Source: an uncultured Actinomycetota bacterium (GTDB lineage Bacteria; Actinomycetota; Actinomycetes; JAFAQI01). From it: a stretch of 64,000 nucleotides of DNA. The notes beneath the pieces were generated by a model that worked only from the letters and a program-made list of their open reading frames with translations, ran no database searches and was not told where the DNA came from. Both the position numbers and the translations under genes were made by a program. Shown piece by piece: positions 60,200-64,000 of this stretch. The first letter of the stretch is position 1. Each line of letters begins with the position of its first letter. Where the stretch lies: positions 32,001 to 96,000 of the forward strand of contig CAVYQE010000011.1 in assembly GCA_963770565.1 (NCBI GenBank). The letters are read 5' to 3'.

Positions 60200-61411
60200 T
60201 CAGGTGGTGGCGGCGGCCTTCGACGGCCGGTTCGACACCGGCTGGCCCTGGTACCCGCGGGCGACCATCGTGACGTACTGGTAGACCGCGTCCTCCTCCG
60301 GCGAGAGCGGCCCCGGCTTGGCGTGCTCCGAGCTCAGCCCGCGCTGGACCGACTCGCAGGCGTGCCAGTCCTGCCGGTTGGTGATGTCCCAGAAGTCGAC
60401 CGCGTACGACGGGTCGAAACCTTCGCGCTCGACCGCCTCCGGCGCGAACGCCCAGGTGCATTCGATCCGGGTGCGGCCGGCCGCCAGCGGGGTGAGCCGA
60501 TGCACCATCACGTAGTCGGGGTGCAGGCTGATCAGGATGTTCGGGAACACGTTGAGGTAGATCACCGTCCGTAGACCCTTGGCGTCGAGGCCGCGGAGCG
60601 GGACACCGCCGCTTGCGCCGTCGAGCGACATCGTGTCCATGCCCTCGCGCAGATCCATCGTGCCGCCGACCCAGGCGCCGCTGGAGACGTAGTTGTCGCC
60701 GCTCGACGGCGGGCTCACGGCGCACAGCTCCGGGTGGATGACCGGGCAGTGGTAGCACTCGTGGTAGTTCTCGGTGAGGATCTTCCAGTTCGCCGTGGTC
60801 TCGTACTCGTGGCGACCGGCGATCCGCAACCGTTCCATCTCATAGGGCGCAACGATCGGTTCGATGTCGGCGAGGGAGTCCTCGAGGGCCGGCGCCGTTC
60901 CGGAGCCGTCAACGAAGATCAGGCCGTGCCATTCGTGGACCGGCAGCGACACCAAACCCCACGCGTCGCTGTCGAAGCCCTCGCGACCCTTGAAGCCCTT
61001 GGCCGCCCGCAATTCACCAGACAGCTCGTAGCCCCAGGAGTGGTAGGGGCAGGCGATCACGCGGCGGTTGATCGATGCGCCGCAGCCGAGCAGCTCGTGC
61101 CCGCGGTGCCGGCAGAAGTTGGCGAAGCAGCGCAGCACGCCGTCGTCACCGCGGACCAGCAGGACCCCGGCCGGGCCGACCGCCTCGGCGCGTTGGTCGC
61201 CGGGAGCCGCGACATCCTCGCTCCGGCCGACACACATCCACCCGCCGCCGAAGAAGTTGTGCTTCTCCCACTCGAAGACGGACTCGTCGACGTACGCCGC
61301 CCGAGGCAACATCCGGCTTTCACCGAACGGCAGCAGCGATTCGGCCAGCGCGGCCGGATCGATCGGGGCGGGGTCCACGGACCTGGTACGAGCGCCGTTC
61401 TGACTGACCAT
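60200..61411 (-). CDS. Rieske oxygenase alpha subunit (GbcA/choline-monooxygenase-like)
   Basis: CRHRG..CPYHSW; NWK..ENYHECYHC..H; QDWHACESVQRG. Confidence 0.9.
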   Translation of the reverse strand: MVSQNGARTRSVDPAPIDPAALAESLLPFGESRMLPRAAYVDESVFEWEKHNFFGGGWMCVGRSEDVAAPGDQRAEAVGPAGVLLVRGDDGVLRCFANFCRHRGHELLGCGASINRRVIACPYHSWGYELSGELRAAKGFKGREGFDSDAWGLVSLPVHEWHGLIFVDGSGTAPALEDSLADIEPIVAPYEMERLRIAGRHEYETTANWKILTENYHECYHCPVIHPELCAVSPPSSGDNYVSSGAWVGGTMDLREGMDTMSLDGASGGVPLRGLDAKGLRTVIYLNVFPNILISLHPDYVMVHRLTPLAAGRTRIECTWAFAPEAVEREGFDPSYAVDFWDITNRQDWHACESVQRGLSSEHAKPGPLSPEEDAVYQYVTMVARGYQGQPVSNRPSKAAATT

Positions 61412-61514
61412 ACAGTCAGGATAGGCGGTGGCTTCGTACAGTGTCCAGCACCGGTTGTCCGGTGCCGATGCTTGTCAAAGTGTCCTGACTCTTCTAGTTT
61501 GAACGTTCAGTCAA
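61400..61514. promoter_or_regulatory. Divergent promoters with paired palindromic operators
   Basis: CTGACTG-N6-CAGTCAG (61400-61419); TTGTCA (61472)-N17-TAGTTT (61495) overlapped by TTTG-N6-CAGTCAA. Confidence 0.65.
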
Positions 61515-61531
61515 ACCCCACATCGGAGACC

Positions 61532-62953
61532 ATGGTGTCCGTCCAGACCGAACCCGTCCGCGACACCTCCGTGATGCTTGAGCAGATCATCGCCGAGCAG
61601 GAGCGGCGGTTCATCGAACGCCAGCCGCGTTCTGCCGCACTCAGCGCCCGAGCCGCCTCGTCCCTGGCCGGCGGAGTGACCTCCAGCTGGCAGATCACCC
61701 GCCCGCAGGCGGTCTGGCTGGCCGAGGGCTCGGGGTCGAAGATCATCGACGTCGACGGCAACGAATACGTCGATCTGCATGGCGGTTACGGGGCCGCTCT
61801 GGCCGGCCATGCGCACCCCGCGATCGTCGAGGCGGTGCGCGCCCAGGTGGCGCACGGCACCCACTTCGCGCAGCCGACCGAGACCGCGATCGTGGTCGCT
61901 GAGGAGCTCTCCCGCCGGTTCGGCCTGCCGCTCTGGCGGTTCGGCAACTCCGGCACCGAGGCCACGATGGACGCGGTCCACATCATGCGCGCGGTCACCG
62001 GGCGTGACCTGATCATCAAGGTCGAGGGCTGCTACCACGGCCATCACGACTCGGTGCAGGTGTCGGTCACCCCCGAGGAGGACGAGGTCGGCGACGCCGC
62101 GCGACCCAACCAGGTCCCGGCGAGCAGCGGGATCCCGACCGCGATCACGGACCTGACGTTGGTGGTCAGCTTCAACGACCTGCCTGGTCTCGCGTCCCTG
62201 CTCGAGGACTACGACGGCAAGGTCGCCGGCATGATCGTCGAACCGATCATGATGAATGCCGGCATCATCACCCCGGACCCGGGCTACCTTGCCGGCGCCA
62301 AGGAGCTGCTGCACGCGCACGGCGCGCTGCTGGCGTTCGACGAGGTCAAGACCGGCCTCACCGCCGGTCCGTCCGGCGCGACCGGCCTGGTCGGCGTGAC
62401 GCCCGACATCGTCTGCCTGGCCAAGGCGATCGGCGGCGGGGTCGCATCCGCGGCCGTCGGCGGGACCGCTGAGGTCATGGCGCACGTCGCCAACGGCGAC
62501 TACGAGCAGGTCGGCACCTTCAACGGCAACCCGCTCGCGATGGCCGCGACCCGGGCGATGCTGACCGAGGTTGCCACCGACGAGGCATACGCCCGGATCG
62601 ACCGGCTCCGCGGCAAGGTGGTGAGCGAGTTCGAGCGGATCATCACCACCTACGACCTGGACGCGCACGTTGTCGCGGTCGGCGCCAAGGGCTGCGTGGT
62701 CTTCCGCCGCGAGCCGGTTCGCAGCTACCGCGGCTTCCTCGGCATCGACGACCGCTACAACCACGCGCACTGGCTCTACCAGCACAACGGCGGGGTCTTC
62801 CTGCCGCCATGGGGCAAGATCGAGCAATGGCTGATGTCGGTGCAGCACGACGACTCCGACATCGACCGCTTTGTGGGCAACTTCGAACGCTGCGCGGCCG
62901 CCCTCGCCGGCGGTGTTACGCAACCGACGCTTGCGACCGGGGGCACCGCGTAG
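61532..62953 (+). CDS. Class-III aminotransferase, glutamate-1-semialdehyde aminomutase-like
   Basis: NSGTEATM, YHGHHD, FDEVKTG, LAKAIGGG, GTFNGNPL; GGAGA RBS. Confidence 0.87.
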   Translation: MVSVQTEPVRDTSVMLEQIIAEQERRFIERQPRSAALSARAASSLAGGVTSSWQITRPQAVWLAEGSGSKIIDVDGNEYVDLHGGYGAALAGHAHPAIVEAVRAQVAHGTHFAQPTETAIVVAEELSRRFGLPLWRFGNSGTEATMDAVHIMRAVTGRDLIIKVEGCYHGHHDSVQVSVTPEEDEVGDAARPNQVPASSGIPTAITDLTLVVSFNDLPGLASLLEDYDGKVAGMIVEPIMMNAGIITPDPGYLAGAKELLHAHGALLAFDEVKTGLTAGPSGATGLVGVTPDIVCLAKAIGGGVASAAVGGTAEVMAHVANGDYEQVGTFNGNPLAMAATRAMLTEVATDEAYARIDRLRGKVVSEFERIITTYDLDAHVVAVGAKGCVVFRREPVRSYRGFLGIDDRYNHAHWLYQHNGGVFLPPWGKIEQWLMSVQHDDSDIDRFVGNFERCAAALAGGVTQPTLATGGTA

Positions 62954-62994
62954 TTTCCTAACCCTGCTTCACCGTTGCGTCCTTGGAGGTTGCG

Positions 62995-64000
62995 CTGACC
63001 CACCATCCTCGGCAAGGCTGGTCCGACTCCGATCCGTCGGCCGGCTTTTCCAGACGCGACCTGCTCAAGCGCGGCGCCGGACTCGGCGCGCTCGCCGGCC
63101 TCGCCCCGGTGGCCCTCGCTGCGTGCAGCGGCGGCACCAGCAACTCCGGCGGCGGTGGTGGTGGCGGCGGTGGCAACACCGGCGGCAGCCTGCCTCGACC
63201 GGACGACCCGGTCACCTGGCCGATCTTCTCGGACAACAAGCCGATCGCAAGCGGCCTCCAGCCGGAGCAGAACGCCACGCTGAAGGTCTACAACTGGGTC
63301 GCCTACGTCAACCCGCAGTCGGTCAAGAACTTCGAGAAGAAGTACAACTGCAAGGTCGAGGTGACGACCTTCAACACGATGGAAGAGGCGATGCAGAAGC
63401 TGCAGACCGGGCAGCTCAGCTTCGACGTCTTCATTCCCACCGTCGACCAGCTCGGTCCGCTGGTCGAGACCAAGCTGATCCGGCCGCTCAACCACAGCTA
63501 CATCCCGAACATCTCCAACGCCTGGTCGGAGTTCGAGAACCCGTTCTACGACGAGAAGTGGCAATACACCGTCCCCTACACGATCTACACGACCGGCATC
63601 TCCTGGCGCAACGACCACGTGCCCGGCAACCCGGCGGCGCTGAAGAACCCCTGGTCGTTCCTCTGGCAGGGTCAGTACAAGGGCAAGGTCGCCATCCTCG
63701 ACGACTACCGCGAGGGCCTGAGCCTCGGCCTGATGTACAACGGCCAGAGCGACCTCAACACGACCGACGTGTCGTTGCTGACCGCGGCCGAGAAGTCCCT
63801 GCTCACCCTCTCGAAGCTGACCAACGTCCACATCGACAACAACGACTACACCAACATCCCGAGCGGTCAGATGTGGATCCACCACTCGTGGTCGGGTGAC
63901 ATCGCAGCGGCCGCGCAGTACATGCCGAAGGGCGTGTCGGTCGACGTGGTCAGCTATTGGTTCCCAGCAGACGGTCGCGGGCCGGTGGCCAATGACACGA
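62995..64000 (+). CDS. Tat-lipoprotein polyamine-type (PotD/PotF-like) ABC substrate-binding protein, truncated by window edge
   Basis: Hand-translated FSRRDLLKRG..LAAC, poly-Gly linker, LKVYNWVAYV, NPFYD..YTVPY, WSGD; start CTG 62995 or TTG 62983. Confidence 0.85.
   Translation, partial: MTHHPRQGWSDSDPSAGFSRRDLLKRGAGLGALAGLAPVALAACSGGTSNSGGGGGGGGGNTGGSLPRPDDPVTWPIFSDNKPIASGLQPEQNATLKVYNWVAYVNPQSVKNFEKKYNCKVEVTTFNTMEEAMQKLQTGQLSFDVFIPTVDQLGPLVETKLIRPLNHSYIPNISNAWSEFENPFYDEKWQYTVPYTIYTTGISWRNDHVPGNPAALKNPWSFLWQGQYKGKVAILDDYREGLSLGLMYNGQSDLNTTDVSLLTAAEKSLLTLSKLTNVHIDNNDYTNIPSGQMWIHHSWSGDIAAAAQYMPKGVSVDVVSYWFPADGRGPVANDT

Noticed and set aside
61498-61512. KstR box in the Rieske divergon
   Set aside because: AACGTT lacks the 2-nt spacer of TnnAACnnGTTnnA and fits the local TG-N6-CAGTCA operator better.
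61532-62953. Calling the aminotransferase hemL
   Set aside because: The N-terminal GGVTSSWQ differs from the usual HemL GGVNSPVR and the neighbours are amine-catabolic, so no symbol was given.
63148-63174. GGC/GGT run as a contingency repeat
   Set aside because: Mixed codons encoding an in-frame poly-Gly lipoprotein linker.

Overview
High-GC actinobacterial chromosomal window of about 60 genes. I found no rRNA, tRNA or CRISPR array. Main content: (1) a compact KstR-regulated sterol side-chain degradation divergon at 13.7-25.4 kb (echA19-fadA5 opposite cyp125, two single DUF35/OB-fold genes, ltp4, ltp3, SDR, fadE26, fadE27, fadD19, kstR), with KstR boxes in the divergent promoter and a third box 11.5 kb away ahead of a ferredoxin/ADH/LLM/Gfo operon; (2) a c-di-AMP (ydaO) riboswitch ahead of a minimal Rpf; (3) a complete kdpFABCDE locus led by an extra 27-aa membrane peptide, with an unusually long KdpC; (4) an orphan MCP; (5) an intact IS1182-family element inserted at a CTAG stop codon beside a nested palindromic repeat; (6) a DUF222-HNH gene with DnaA-box-like motifs and a PafBC-type promoter, plus a gene-less copy of that leader layout at 33.75-33.9 kb; (7) the start of a Rieske oxygenase / class-III aminotransferase / polyamine-type ABC divergon with paired operators. 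The rest is ordinary accessory content (VOC, MFS, ABC, GNAT, methyltransferases). All calls come from reading motifs by eye and recalling protein families; no searches were run, and several start codons were re-picked by hand.
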